DNA of 64,000 bases, taken from assembly GCA_951406725.2 (NCBI GenBank), contig OX597831.1, forward strand, positions 81,840,001-81,904,000, given 5' to 3'. Below, piece after piece: positions 52,844-64,000 of this stretch. Position 1 is the stretch's first letter. Each line of letters starts with the position of its first letter. Under the pieces are notes generated by a model that made no database searches, was not told where the DNA came from, and worked only from the letters and a program-made list of their open reading frames with translations. Position numbers and translations under genes: made by a program. This stretch comes from Octopus vulgaris. Its lineage: Eukaryota.

Positions 52844-55406
52844 CAAAGGCACCATCCGTATGTGGTCGAAGCCAGGTCTGCCTGACCAGCTACTGTGCTG
52901 GTGGCACATAAAAAGTACCAACCGATTGTGACCGATGTCAGTACCCCAATGACTGGCTCCTGTGTTGGTGGCACTTAAAAAGTACCATCCAAGCGTGTTC
53001 GTTGCCAGACCTGCTTTACTGGCTCCGGTGCCGGTGGCATGTAAAAAGCACCTGCTACACACTCAGAGTGGTTGGCGTTATGAAGGGCATCCAACTGTAG
53101 AAACATTACCAGATCAGATGAGCCTGGTGCAGCCATCTGGTTCGCCAGCCCTCAGTCAAACCGTCCAACCCATGCCAGCATGGAAAACGAACGTTAATCA
53201 ATGATGATTGATACCCTAGATGTACATAAATACTAACACACACACATACACACAAGCACATACACAAATGTATTTTAGGCATATAACAGCGTGAAGCCTT
53301 TATTGTGAGGTTGTATGAAGTGTGTGTGTGTGTGTGTTGTGAATTTGTGAGGCACATTATTGTATGAAGAATGAGTTGTGATGTTGGTTGTATAGAGATA
53401 TCAGTTGTGAAGGAGGAGGAGGAGGAGGAGGAGTGATGTAAAGAGGCAGTTTGTGGTGAATGTGAATTATTGCTTGCTGTCAATGGATGGGGATTATCAT
53501 AGGGTAAGACATGTTGAGAAGTGGTGTGGTGTGGGGGGATGGTCATTTCTCAAGAAGAAACGGGGCTGGGGCTTGTTTAGAAAGCAGAAGGTATTTTAAC
53601 CAAATTTTGTTTGAATTGCTTGCAGGAAGTTGAAGAAATAAAGATGGAATTTGAAAACTGCCAACTGAGATTGGAATCAAAGTATGAAGCTATTAGAATA
53701 TTGAAGCAACAGGTGAGGTCTGGAAAGATTGAAGCATTTTGGACTTTTATTCTTGTGTTTTGTTTGTCTTTTTGGCAAAAAAACATTAACCATTCCTCTA
53801 ACATTGTTCTGATATTTGGCAAGAATGGTAAAATACCAGACTAAGTGTCTTAGAATGGCAGAATTAATAAAGTCTCAGAATAGGGTCATGCTGAGGTCAA
53901 CTTTGCCTTTCTTCCTTCTGAGGTCAATGTACCAAAGTACCAATGTACTCAGGTGCTAAGGGTTATTTAATTGACTGTACTCTCTCTCCAAGATGAGAGA
54001 TCTTGTGTCTATGATCATTTATCTTTTAATAACAGTAATGTTACCAAAACAGTAGTGCCAAACAAAATGGCTCCCAATAGTAGAACAGTATAAATGGCAG
54101 TGCCAGACAAAATGCGCTACAATATTGAGTTGTTTCTCTCTAGGTTCTGAGTTCAAATCCCGCCAAGGTCATCTGTCTTTCATCCCTCTATATTCATTGA
54201 AATTAATACCAGTCATACACTGGTATTGGTTCTGATGATTAACAAACAACTGACAAGCAAATCTGTGGTATTGAGCATAGTATTTGCTGTAGCCCATCTT
54301 TTATACCAAGACAAAACAATGTACATGATAACACTTCCAATCAGTTAAGATCAGAAGCCACGAGAGCCACTGCCTGGCCCTGCATCAGGGCATTTATTAT
54401 CATTATTTTTGTTGTTGTTATTGTCATCAAGGCAGGAAGCTGGCAGAAACATTAGCACATTGGGTGAAATGCTTAACAGTATTTTGTCCATCTTCCCATT
54501 CTGAGTTCTAATTCCGCTGAGGTCAGCTATGCCTTACATCCTTTTGGGGTTGACAAAATAAGTAACAATTAAGTACTGGGTGAGGAGTCAATGTAATCAA
54601 CTCTCCCCCGCCCCCAAATTTCAGGGGCCTATTGCAGAAAAGGATTATTAGCTTTGACAGAAACAATCATTGAATGATGCCACATAAACCCTAATAATTT
54701 AAGGGACAGGTGATGAGTCCTTCAGCACTCTTAATGTGAGTCGACAGATTAAAGGATGATTATTGATCACCCTATTATGAAACCATCTACTAATTAAAGA
54801 AATAATCAACATTATCCTTCTTCTGTTGCTTTTATATTTTTTTATCTAATACCTATTTTTTTCCATCTGTCATTCTTTGTTAAACCGTATCATTTCTTTT
54901 GACTGGAATCACTTCAATAAGATGGAAACGTCTCGCAAAGAAAGCAGTAATTTGGAGAAGAAGATCAAATGTGAAAATAAAGAACTTGTCAAGGTAAAAT
55001 ATTGCATTTACTTATAAAATGATCTTTAAGAAAAGAATTATTGTTGTTGTGGAAGAACCATTGGCTGGACAAAGAGCTGCTTGGCAGTTCGTCCATCTTT
55101 GCATTCTGGCTTCAAATTCTGTCATGGTTGACTTCCATCTTTCCAGAAACTGAGTTGGTGTACTTTACTTGCCCCCTCCTCCAAAATTGCTGGCCTTGTG
55201 CCAAAGTTTGAAACCATTGTTATTATAAGGCAGCAAGCTGGCAGAATCGTTAGCACTCTGGACAAAATGCTTAGCAGTATTTTGCTGACATTGCCTTTCA
55301 TCCTTTTGAGGGTCAATAAATTAAGTACCAGTGAAACACTGGGGTCGATGTAATTGGTAGTCCTCTCCCTCAAAATTTCAGGCCCCTTGTGCCTTTAGTA
55401 GAAAGG

Positions 55407-55475
<69 letters not shown>

Positions 55476-55581
55476 TGTGTAGGTCCATAAGTACTGACCA
55501 GTTCTGTTATAGTGCTACAACTGACCAATTGTCTGAATGCATCTTTTCAATCAAATATCCAGTTAACTATATTGTGTGGTG

Positions 55582-55612
<31 letters not shown>

Positions 55613-58600
55613 CAGTGGACCAAGAGGAAGGGACAGTGTTTATAAGATATTACTGTAGTTGTTGTGGTTCTGTCTCCAAGTCAGTTCTAACCATGGCTGT
55701 TACTCCCATATCAGATGCTGTTATAATTGCTCAGGTGCTGTATTAGGGTTGTGCTACTGTTGCAGTATTGTTGTAGTAGCTTAGAGTTGTTGTGGTAGCA
55801 TTGTAAGGAACTGTTGGTGTCTGTTTATCTTTTACTTCATTCACTCACTGGGCTGAGGCCATGCTGGGGCTCTGCTTTCAAGGTTTTTATCAAATAATCA
55901 ACCCAAGGACTTATTTTTAATGCCTGGTACTTTTTCTATCAGTTTGCTTTTGCTGAACTGTTAAGTCACTGGATGTAAAACCAACACTGGTTGTCAAGCA
56001 GTGGTGGGCAACAACCAGCACAAACACAGATACACACACTTTGATAAAACACAGCGACACATAAATGTATGAAGGACTTCTTTCAGTTTCTGTGTATTAA
56101 GTCCACTCACATGACTTTGTTGGCCCCAGGCTATATTAAAAAACTCTTGTCCAAAGCACAGTGAAGTGGAACTGAACCTAAGACTTCATAGTTTGGAAGC
56201 AAGCTTCTTACCAACATTGCCACACCTGAGATTGTGTAAATAGTCAACCTGTATCATGAGCAGCAGTTCCAGGGATGACTGAATGTATGTACAAAGTGTC
56301 TGAGATGATGAAAAGAAGACATCACTAAGGAATAATATCATCATCATCATCATTGTTTAACGTCCGTTCTCCATGCTAGCATGGGTTGGATGGTTCAACC
56401 GGGGATCTGGGAAGCCAGAAGGCTGCACCAGGCTCCAGTCTTATCTGGCAATGTTTCTACAGCTGGATGCCCTTCCTAACGCCAACCACTCCGTGAGTGT
56501 AGTGGGTGCTTTTTACGTGCCACCCAATAATCACAAATCAACAACAAACAGCCAGAAAAGGTCTCGTTTCATTGTAGGGTTCTTGTCTGAGACTGAATTC
56601 AAAAACTTATTTCTTACCCAACAATTGTGGTTTGTTATTAAATTGCCTTCTATATCTCTGTATTTCTTCATCAGGCAGTGAACAGTCTCCAGTTTGCATT
56701 GGGCCTCCAAGAGACCACATTGATGGACAGCCAACAGACGTGGGCTCACAGGTTTGATAGGTCAGTCCTCCTTTTTCAACAGGATTCCTTCCTTCATCGT
56801 CACCATCACCACCATCATCATCATCATCATCACTGCCATCATCTCCCTTACCACCATCATCATCATCACCACCATATCAACAGCATCATCATCAACATCA
56901 TTTTAGGAGTGACTAAACACTCCACAGAGAACATACCTCCACCACTTCTAAAATGTAAATTAAGGTACCGGACAATGGAACAAAGCTACAAACTCTAGGT
57001 GGAAAGCATAATTAACCCCAGAATATAACTGGTACTTTAAAATCCCATCATTATCAGACAACATAACTCTTACATTTTTACAAGACGAGTCATTGAGAGA
57101 GACTCTATGTTGTTGCTAGCAATAGCAGCCAAAAGGACCCTCAAATCACAGCATCTTAAAAATGGACATGTTAGATAAGGTAGTCCAGAGTTCATTCCAC
57201 ATACAGAAAAGACAGGATGGTCCTGGGAGGAATACCTTTGACCAGAGGTTTGTTTGGTCATGGTTGATCTATAGCCAACCAATGGTAATGGCATTTGTAC
57301 AACCCTATAGGCTTGGGCTACTTACTGGCACTCCATCGATTATGACCACAAGGGTTCCAGTTGATCTGATCAATGGAACAAGCCTGCCCAAGAAATTAAT
57401 GTGTAAGTGGCTGAGTGCTCCACAGATATGCATACCCTTAACGTAGTTCTCAGGGAGATTCAGTGTGACACAGAATGGGACAAGGCTGGTCCTTCAAAAT
57501 ACAGGTACTACTCATTTTTGCCAGCTGAGTGGACTGGAGCAATGTGGAGTAAAGAGTGTCTTGCTTAAGCAAACAATGCATCACCAGGAATTGAACTCAT
57601 GACTTTAAGACCATGAGCCAAATACCCTAATGACTGAGCCATGTGCCTTCTGTAGGTTTGGAGTGACTTAATCTTAGTACACCACTGGTACTTTATTTTA
57701 TTTACCTTAGAAGAATAAAAGAAAGAATTGACTGTGACTGGATTTGAACTCATGGTGTCAACATTACTAACTAGAATCAGTGAGGCATTACTGATTCTAC
57801 AAACTTTTATTGTCAGAGAAATCAAAAACTGATTTCCAGTATGTTTGGTTCTCTCTCAGACTTAATAGGAAGCATTCAATGGTTATGCCAACCTGAATTT
57901 AGCAATTTGTGGAATTAACATAAAAGTGGTTGAGTATTAGACTCTGGTGTCTTTGACTCAGTTCTTAAGAAGAATCTGTCATGACAGGTGGTGGCTTTGG
58001 TTGATGCAATGTGGAATTGGTAAATGAAGACACATTTTGTTGTTCAACTTTGCCAGATCAAATTGGAGTCTGGTGCTGCTTGCCGGCTTGCCAGTCCTCA
58101 GTCAAACCATCCAACCCATGTCAGCATAGAAAACGGACGTTAAACGACAACGATGATGATGATGATGATTGTAAATTGCCAACTCCCAATATCTTAATGG
58201 CCAGCAATAAATATTTGTTAACTGGTACATATTTAATCAAGCCTGGGTGGGGGGAAGGGCAATGTTGCCTATGATGGGGTTTAGAATGTCAAAAGACCTA
58301 AATATTGGTTTCTGACTTAGGTGCATGGCTAGGAATTCGATGGGAGGGAAGCAGGGAGTCAATTTAATTAACTCCAGAAGATAACTGGTATTATTTTATT
58401 GACCCTGGAAGAATGAAAGGTGTGGTTGGTTTTGGTAGGATTTTAAAGCTGGTATGCAAGAGGAAGCATCAGGGCTTTTAATGTTGTATTCCACATTTCT
58501 ACATCCACCACCACCACCGCCACCACTACCACCACCGCCACCACTACCACCACCGCCACCACTACCACCACCGCCACTACTATCACTATTACTACCACCA

Positions 58601-59283
58601 CCACCACCACCACCACCACAAATACCACAACCACTACCACCACTAACGCCACTACCACCACACCACCACCACCACCACCACCACCACCACCACCACCACT
58701 AACACCACAAATACCACAACCACTACCACCACTAACGCCACTACCACCACCATCACCACCACAAATACCACAACCATTGCCACCACTAACGCCACTACCA
58801 CCACCACCACCACAAATACCACAACCACTACCACCACTAACGCCACTACCACCACCACCACCACCACCACCACCACCACCACCACCACCACCACTAACAC
58901 CACAAATACCACAACCACTACCACCACTAACGCCACTACCACCACCATCACCACCACAAATACCACAACCATTGCCACCACTAACGCCACTACCACCACC
59001 ACCACCACCACCACCACCACCACCACCACCACCCACAACACCACTACCACCACTAACACCACCACCACCACCACCACCACCACCACCACCACCACCTTTT
59101 GGGTTGAGGAAAAAATTAAAAAAATATGCAACATGCCAGTGAACAGCTGGACCTACCCACACACTGATTCACCAATGTCTGGGTAGATCAGCCACATATG
59201 TTGTGCTTCTGTGTGTGTGTGTGTGTGCTTAATGTAATGCATTCAGTCACAGTAGGCCAAAACATTGAAACAACAGCAACTAT

Positions 59284-59315
<32 letters not shown>

Positions 59316-62008
59316 TTACTACTACTACTACTACCACTGCTGCCACCATGGTAAATTCTATTGATGTTAAACAAAAATTAGCCGCCCCGCCGCCACCGCC
59401 GCCGCCCCACCGCCGCCGCCCCTTTCCAGTCAGTCCCATGTGACGCAGAATGAGAAAATAAATTATAAACTCTTCACTTAATATTCCTATCCATTCATTG
59501 GACGGTTTTTTTATCTTTTTAACTTTAGAACACACACACAAACACACAAATATATGTATTGCAAAATATACACACACGCATACGTATATATATATATATA
59601 CTTGTAATGTGTGTGTGCATGCGTTTATATATATATGTTTATATATATATATATATACTTTGTATGCATGTGTCTAAGTATGTACATATGTCAAGTCAGT
59701 TATGAGGCTCTCGCAAGAGCTACTGGTAACATGAAATCCAGTACAACCTGTTGCCTGGTCAGGTTGTCAGCAACTAAACCGGCACCCCCACCAGGCTATC
59801 CAGGTGAGGAGGGTTTCTAGAAACCCAGCAGGATTAAAAACAAGACCTGCTGAAAGGTCAGATAAACCTAGTGCAGATTCAATGGCTATCTAGCAATAGC
59901 AGGGGTACGAAGAAATTCCAAGATGGTGTCTGGCATGCTGAAAGACCACTGGCAGTGAGGCACCCCTCAGCTTCTGTTGAAGCATGTCTCTAGGAGAAGG
60001 TCACTCTGATATAAAACCAAATATTCAGGGAATGATTTTCACAGCAAGACAGATGCAGGGGAAGTGCTATGAGCAGAATATGGATCTTGTCCAGGTATTC
60101 ATTGATTTAACGAAAGCCTTTGATACTGTGAATAGGGCCTTGCTATGACAAATACTTGGCAAACTTGGATGTCTGGATCATTTTGCATCTATAATAAAAT
60201 CATTTCATGATGGGATGCAGTCTTGGGTCAATGTTGGTGGTGCCATGGCAGAACCCATTCCTGTAGAGAATGGTGTCAAGCAGGGTGACATCCTTGCCCC
60301 AACTCTCTTTTCTTTGTACTTTGCTGCTGCTTTTAACTCATGCTTTTGCTAAGATTAGCTCTCTGGGAATATATGTCAGATATCGATCTTCTAGTCACCT
60401 CTTTAATCTGCCAATTTGCTGCCAATTCAAAAGATTTCTAGTCTATTATTCGTGACCTTCTTTATGCAAATGACTGTGACTTAGTCACTCATGCAGTGGA
60501 TGACATGCAAATACTTATGAATCGTATTTCTGCTTCTTGCAGGGCATTTGAACTCAGCATTAGCCTGGACAAGACTGCTGTAATGTTCCAGCCTGCACCA
60601 GGAAATCCATATATGGAACCAGCTATCTTGGTTGAAGGAACAGTTATGAAAGTGGTAGACAAACTTGTCTACTACTTTCAAACTGTTCCTTATGGCAGCA
60701 TACTCAGCCATTCTTGCTCCCTGAATGATGAAATATCTTTCAGGCTGCAAAGAACAACCGATTCCTTCTGGTCTTTTCAGTCTCATGTCTGGTCTCAAAA
60801 TGACATCACAAAGCAAACAAAAATCGCTGTGTACCATACATGTGTACTGACATCGATCCTTTACTCATGTGAAACATGGACCTTTTACAAACATCATGTA
60901 AGGGTCCATGAACACTTTTATCAGAGATGTTTCAGACACATACTGATTGTTGGCTGGACCTTAAAAACTCCAGACACACAGGTCCTGAGGACAGCTGATA
61001 TGTTGAGTATTGAGGCGATAGTGCACAAGCACTGGTTACACTGGACTGGACACCTTATTAGAATGAAGGACAGCAGAATCCCTAAGCAGATGCTATATGG
61101 GAAACTTGTGAATGGAAAGAGACCCTGGCAGAAACCAAGGCTGCGATTTAAGAACTGTGTAAAGTCCTCATTAAAGGCCTGTGATATGCAGGACACTGAC
61201 TGGGAGAACAATACCTATCATCTCCACAGATGGAGGAAGCAGGTTAAGGATGAGATCTACACCTTTGAAAGAGCATGTATTCTTCATGAAGAACTTAAGT
61301 GTGCTACTCAAAAGCACACTGCTGGTATAGTGAATGGGGAAAGCTTGGTCTGCAATGTTTGCAGTTGTGTATGCTTGTCAAGACCAGGACTCTTTAGCCA
61401 CAAACAGAGCCGCAAGTGCAAAATATAAGTTAGTTCTAGAGCACACAATGTTCCAAAAGGTCAGCAATGGTCTTCCTTGGTCACGGGTGGACGGCTATCA
61501 TGTATGTATGTGTATTTCTTATTTTCAGTTTTGATTTTATTTATATTTACAAAATATTTTAAAATTTGATTTTGTAATTTTTGACATTATTTTCATTTTA
61601 TTCTTGCAATTTCTTGTTTTAATTATTTATAAACCTTTCCTTTGTTTCTCATTAAAATTTAGTTTTAAGCTAATATTTGTTAAAATGTCTGACTTGTTAA
61701 TGCATAACTCAAAATACAGACTAGCACTTCATTATGAATTGTCATGTTCTGGGTTCAAATCCTGCTGAGGTGAATGTTACTTTCATGCAGATGGATTTGA
61801 TAAAATAAAATACCAGTCATGCACTGGGGTAAAATTCAATGGCTGCTGATCCATAGCAATGTCTTATCTGCTAGTATTGTACAATGAAGCCCAAATTTCT
61901 GATGTGAAGTTGGGGCTTTGATGACATGGCGTAAAGTGAGACAACAGCTGGGATACATGTGGATCCTTGAATTTTATCTGTAACTCCCTATGTTACTGCT
62001 AACATAAT

Positions 62009-62050
<42 letters not shown>

Positions 62051-62578
62051 TCTGTCTATCTATCCGTCTGTCTGTCTGTCTCTTTCCCTCTCTCTCTCTT
62101 TGTCATCACCTGTAATCAGATATGTCTAGATACCTACCCACCTGTTCCACGTACTCATGTACTCCCCAACATACACAGACACCATCTTGACCCACCCACC
62201 CTTCACTCCAAACCACAATAAAGCCAAAAAGACAAGTGCCTGCTCTACCTGACCCTTAAATAACAGGGTTCATTTAAAGGCGACCGTTTTAGCCCACCAT
62301 TTTCACAGGGTCTGTTCAATCTTTTTATAGATTCACCAGAGTTAATTGCCAGGTTACTGCACACAGCAGGTGACAACTGCAATGGTTGCTTCTCAACGAC
62401 TTCTTAGTAATGAAGTTGATTTATTTGTAGTTTTACCTGAACACATCTAATTAAAGGTCGTTCCACTGTTCACTACCTTGTGGAAAGGCCCTACCACTGA
62501 TTACCTCAGGAGAGGGAAAATATGGCATGAGTGTGTGTGTGTAAGTATGTATATGTGTGTGCGTGTGTATACACACAT

Positions 62579-62636
<58 letters not shown>

Positions 62637-63769
62637 TCATCATCATTGCTTAATGTCACCCTTCCATGCTGGCATGATAAATATAAGCTACCATCATCAC
62701 ACACACACATATGTGTATGTGTGTGTGTGTATATATAAACACACGTGTATATGAATGTATGTGTCAGCCAATGACTTAACGACTGTCTCTCACGTGTACA
62801 CATGAGATGGTGTTAAAGAGAGAATTATATTTCAGGATTAATCTATGTAGATTGAATTTACATAAACTTCGTAAGTGGTGAGAGAGAAGCGGGTGGAAGG
62901 GGAGGAGGGAAAAGACAGCCGGGAGGAAGATAAGAACTTGTGACTAACAGACAGAGATGTGGAAAGACAGAGGGTGAGTATGGACAGAGAGAGAGAGAGA
63001 GAGAGAGAGAGAATACCAACAGCTGTTCTAAGTTTCTAATCAGCTCCACATCAGCTGTTATTCACCTTTCATACAATATCCATGTTCTCTTGTCATAACA
63101 CACACCCATACACATTCACAGATATGTGTGTGGTATGTATGTATGTGTGTGTGTGTAACAGCTCATGTTATATCAGACATCATGCTTCTCTCGGTAGCTC
63201 CATTACTATCTTCTTTATCCCTTATTTTTCTTCTTCTTTCTTTCTCTTTTCTTTTCTTCGTGATCCTTCTTTCTCATTCCATCTCTTTCCTTCTCGCTCT
63301 ACCAACTGTATCTACCAGTTCTACCAATTGTATCTACCAGTTCTACCAATTGTATCTACCAGTTCTACCAGAGTTCCACAAGAGGAGTAATAACAGCAGT
63401 AGTAGTAGTAGTATAGATCCTGATCAAACCTGATCCAATAGACTCGCCACAAGGACTTTCCAAATGTGACCAACTCATCTTTTATTCAGACACAGTGTAT
63501 TTAGGATTATCTTATTCAATATGACCTTCATTTAAGACAGTCATATTGATACATCTCAAATAAAAAGTATCCCTCTGACCAATGCCGAAATGGAAAATAT
63601 TGCAGTTAATCTCTTCTCTTCATATTCTCTCCATCTTCCGCATTTCATCAATTTTTATCTTTCTCTTTTTTTCTCTCATCACAAAGTGCTTGCAATGAAA
63701 ATGCAAAATTACTCAATGCCTTGGAAAAACGATCTGAAGAATTACAGAAAGTCCTTTCACAGAAAATGG
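44129..63769 (+). CDS. CCDC125: Coiled-coil domain-containing protein 125-like, 5' part (7 coding exons, gene continues beyond the window)
   Basis: Exons 44129-44414, 49925-50134, 52445-52518, 53626-53712, 54922-54993, 56675-56760, 63687-63769 join in frame with GT-AG introns. N-terminal EDLVSGDLGLGLGLKPGG matches the CCDC125 GDLG.GLG.KPGG motif as I recall it. Later exons (EVEEIKMEFENCQLRLESKYEAIRIL; VNSLQF...W..RFD; C.EN..L...LE....E) follow the CCDC125 coiled coil in order. Confidence 0.82.
46191..46750 (+). mobile_element. Non-autonomous RTE-derived element (5' leader plus 3' tail, no ORF) embedded in (TATG)n
   Basis: The first ~340 nt are homologous to 59690-60018 and the last ~40 nt resemble 61464-61500. 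Confidence 0.72.
48658..48894. repeat. Short inverted-repeat element with internal (TTAGGG)n
   Basis: CGGTACAAGTACCATAACTGC / GCAGTTATGGTACTTGTACCG arms with GGTTAGGGTTAGGGTT inside. Confidence 0.6.
49925..50134 (+). CDS. CCDC125: CCDC125-like exon 2 (VTVTQPHMEHIKSRDS...NQEPSN)
   Basis: Acceptor ttcctcag, 210 nt open, donor gtgagt, phase 1-1; no recognisable conserved motif. Confidence 0.65.
50545..50880 (-). mobile_element. Second Dong/R4-clade LINE 3' fragment
   Basis: KCQIINFTIANDEKV..EKMAKYQDL...LWKVQVKCIPVVIGALG...LQKTVLLGAARILRKVLGI*, with stops and frameshifts. A further, more decayed tail lies near 51490-51690. Confidence 0.7.
52445..52518 (+). CDS. CCDC125: CCDC125-like exon 3 (S-HVKKFRFKPNQEKNYEKKLIFMIQ)
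   Basis: Strong pyrimidine tract plus ccag, donor gtaatt; converts phase 1 to phase 0 as required. Confidence 0.72.
53626..53712 (+). CDS. CCDC125: CCDC125-like exon 4 (EVEEIKMEFENCQLRLESKYEAIRILKQQ)
   Basis: Acceptor cttgcag, 87 nt, donor gtgagg, heptad pattern. Confidence 0.85.
54922..54993 (+). CDS. CCDC125: CCDC125-like exon 5 (METSRKESSNLEKKIKCENKELVK)
   Basis: AAG acceptor downstream of a long T-rich tract, 72 nt, donor gtaaaa, coiled-coil composition. Confidence 0.7.
56675..56760 (+). CDS. CCDC125: CCDC125-like exon 6 (AVNSLQFALGLQETTLMDSQQTWAHRFD)
   Basis: Acceptor ttcatcag, 86 nt, donor gtcagt, phase 2. Confidence 0.83.
57325..57650 (-). mobile_element. tRNA-derived SINE, fourth family; related copies near 18600-18870, 29680-29810, 30640-30805
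   Basis: Minus strand GAAGGCACATGGCTCAGT...GAGTTCAATTCCTGG head followed by a TTGAGCAAGACACT-type core. Confidence 0.65.
58505..59096. repeat. Complex (CCA)n-derived minisatellite with higher-order duplication
   Basis: Recurring CCACAAATACCACAACCACTACCACCACTAACGCCACTA units among (CCA)n. Confidence 0.9.
59690..61500 (+). mobile_element. Internally deleted, degenerate RTE-clade LINE in CCDC125 intron 6
   Basis: MIFTARQMQ.KC.EQN...FIDLTKAFDTVNR, GVKQGD.LAP, degenerate YA.DC, W.GHLIRM.DSRIPKQMLYG.L..G.R, C-terminal CxxC...H zinc finger; stops and frameshifts; (TATG)n tail. Confidence 0.88.
63301..63370. repeat. 22-bp tandem repeat, about 3 copies
   Basis: ACCAA(C/T)TGTATCTACCAGTTCT. Confidence 0.9.
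63687..63769 (+). CDS. CCDC125: CCDC125-like exon 7 (S-ACNENAKLLNALEKRSEELQKVLSQKM)
   Basis: Pyrimidine tract plus acaaag acceptor, accepts phase 2, donor gtaagg. Confidence 0.78.
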
Positions 63770-64000
63770 GTAAGGAATCCTTATTTGGTATTCTAAGAAA
63801 CTCCTCTCCACTCCTCACCTGTCCTTTCACATAGTTGCATTGATTTTTTTATAGATTCCAACCGTTTGCAGTTGTGTACCTGGGCACTGCACAAAATAAC
63901 TACATTATCCTTGTTTTCACAAATACATATTGGTTATATGTAAGTATAAATATACCCCATTTATTTAAGGGGTCTTGTATTGCAGGTGCTTGGTGGCCTT

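Noticed and set aside
54706-54790. Hammerhead ribozyme (GTGATGAGTCC...GGA...GAAACC)
   Set aside because: Core C3 is missing, stem II is not adjacent to GAAA, and there is no convincing stem I or III.
58443-59162. 239-aa Gly-rich ORF as a structural (beak or cuticle-like) protein gene
   Set aside because: It starts at a non-ATG codon, has no signal peptide, and several frames are open because of the triplet repeat; it lies inside a CCDC125 intron.
914-63433. Most ORFs in the six-frame track ([16 protein letters not shown], poly-I/H/S/T)
   Set aside because: They are translations of microsatellites or SINE bodies, with no splice-consistent gene model.
63980-64000. Next CCDC125 exon after the ttgcag at the window edge
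   Set aside because: Weak pyrimidine tract and only 15 nt visible, with no recognisable peptide.

Overview
Eukaryotic, AT-rich, microsatellite- and retroposon-dense genomic DNA, most likely an octopus (coleoid cephalopod); this is inferred from repeat families and composition, not from a database search. Two spliced genes read by hand are arranged head-to-head. The first is a complete sideroflexin-5-like gene on the minus strand (11 coding exons, 34347 to 1486, 328 aa, all GT-AG introns, phases consistent). The second is the 5' part of a CCDC125-like coiled-coil gene on the plus strand (7 coding exons, 44129 to 63769, continuing past the window). Almost every short ORF in the supplied track is microsatellite or SINE noise. 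Mobile DNA includes a 5'-truncated CR1/L2-group LINE, an internally deleted RTE LINE and a non-autonomous relative, Hero and Dong/R4 fragments, several SINE families and MITEs. The most interesting signals are RNA-structure candidates in the repeats: five long palindromic elements beside (TA)n, four with hammerhead-like but non-canonical cores and one enclosing a copy of nearby DNA; a SINE/LINE shared 3' tail with a compensatory hairpin; a decayed, scrambled-order hammerhead in a Hero 3' UTR; and tandem H-type pseudoknot candidates. All structures are hand-read hypotheses.
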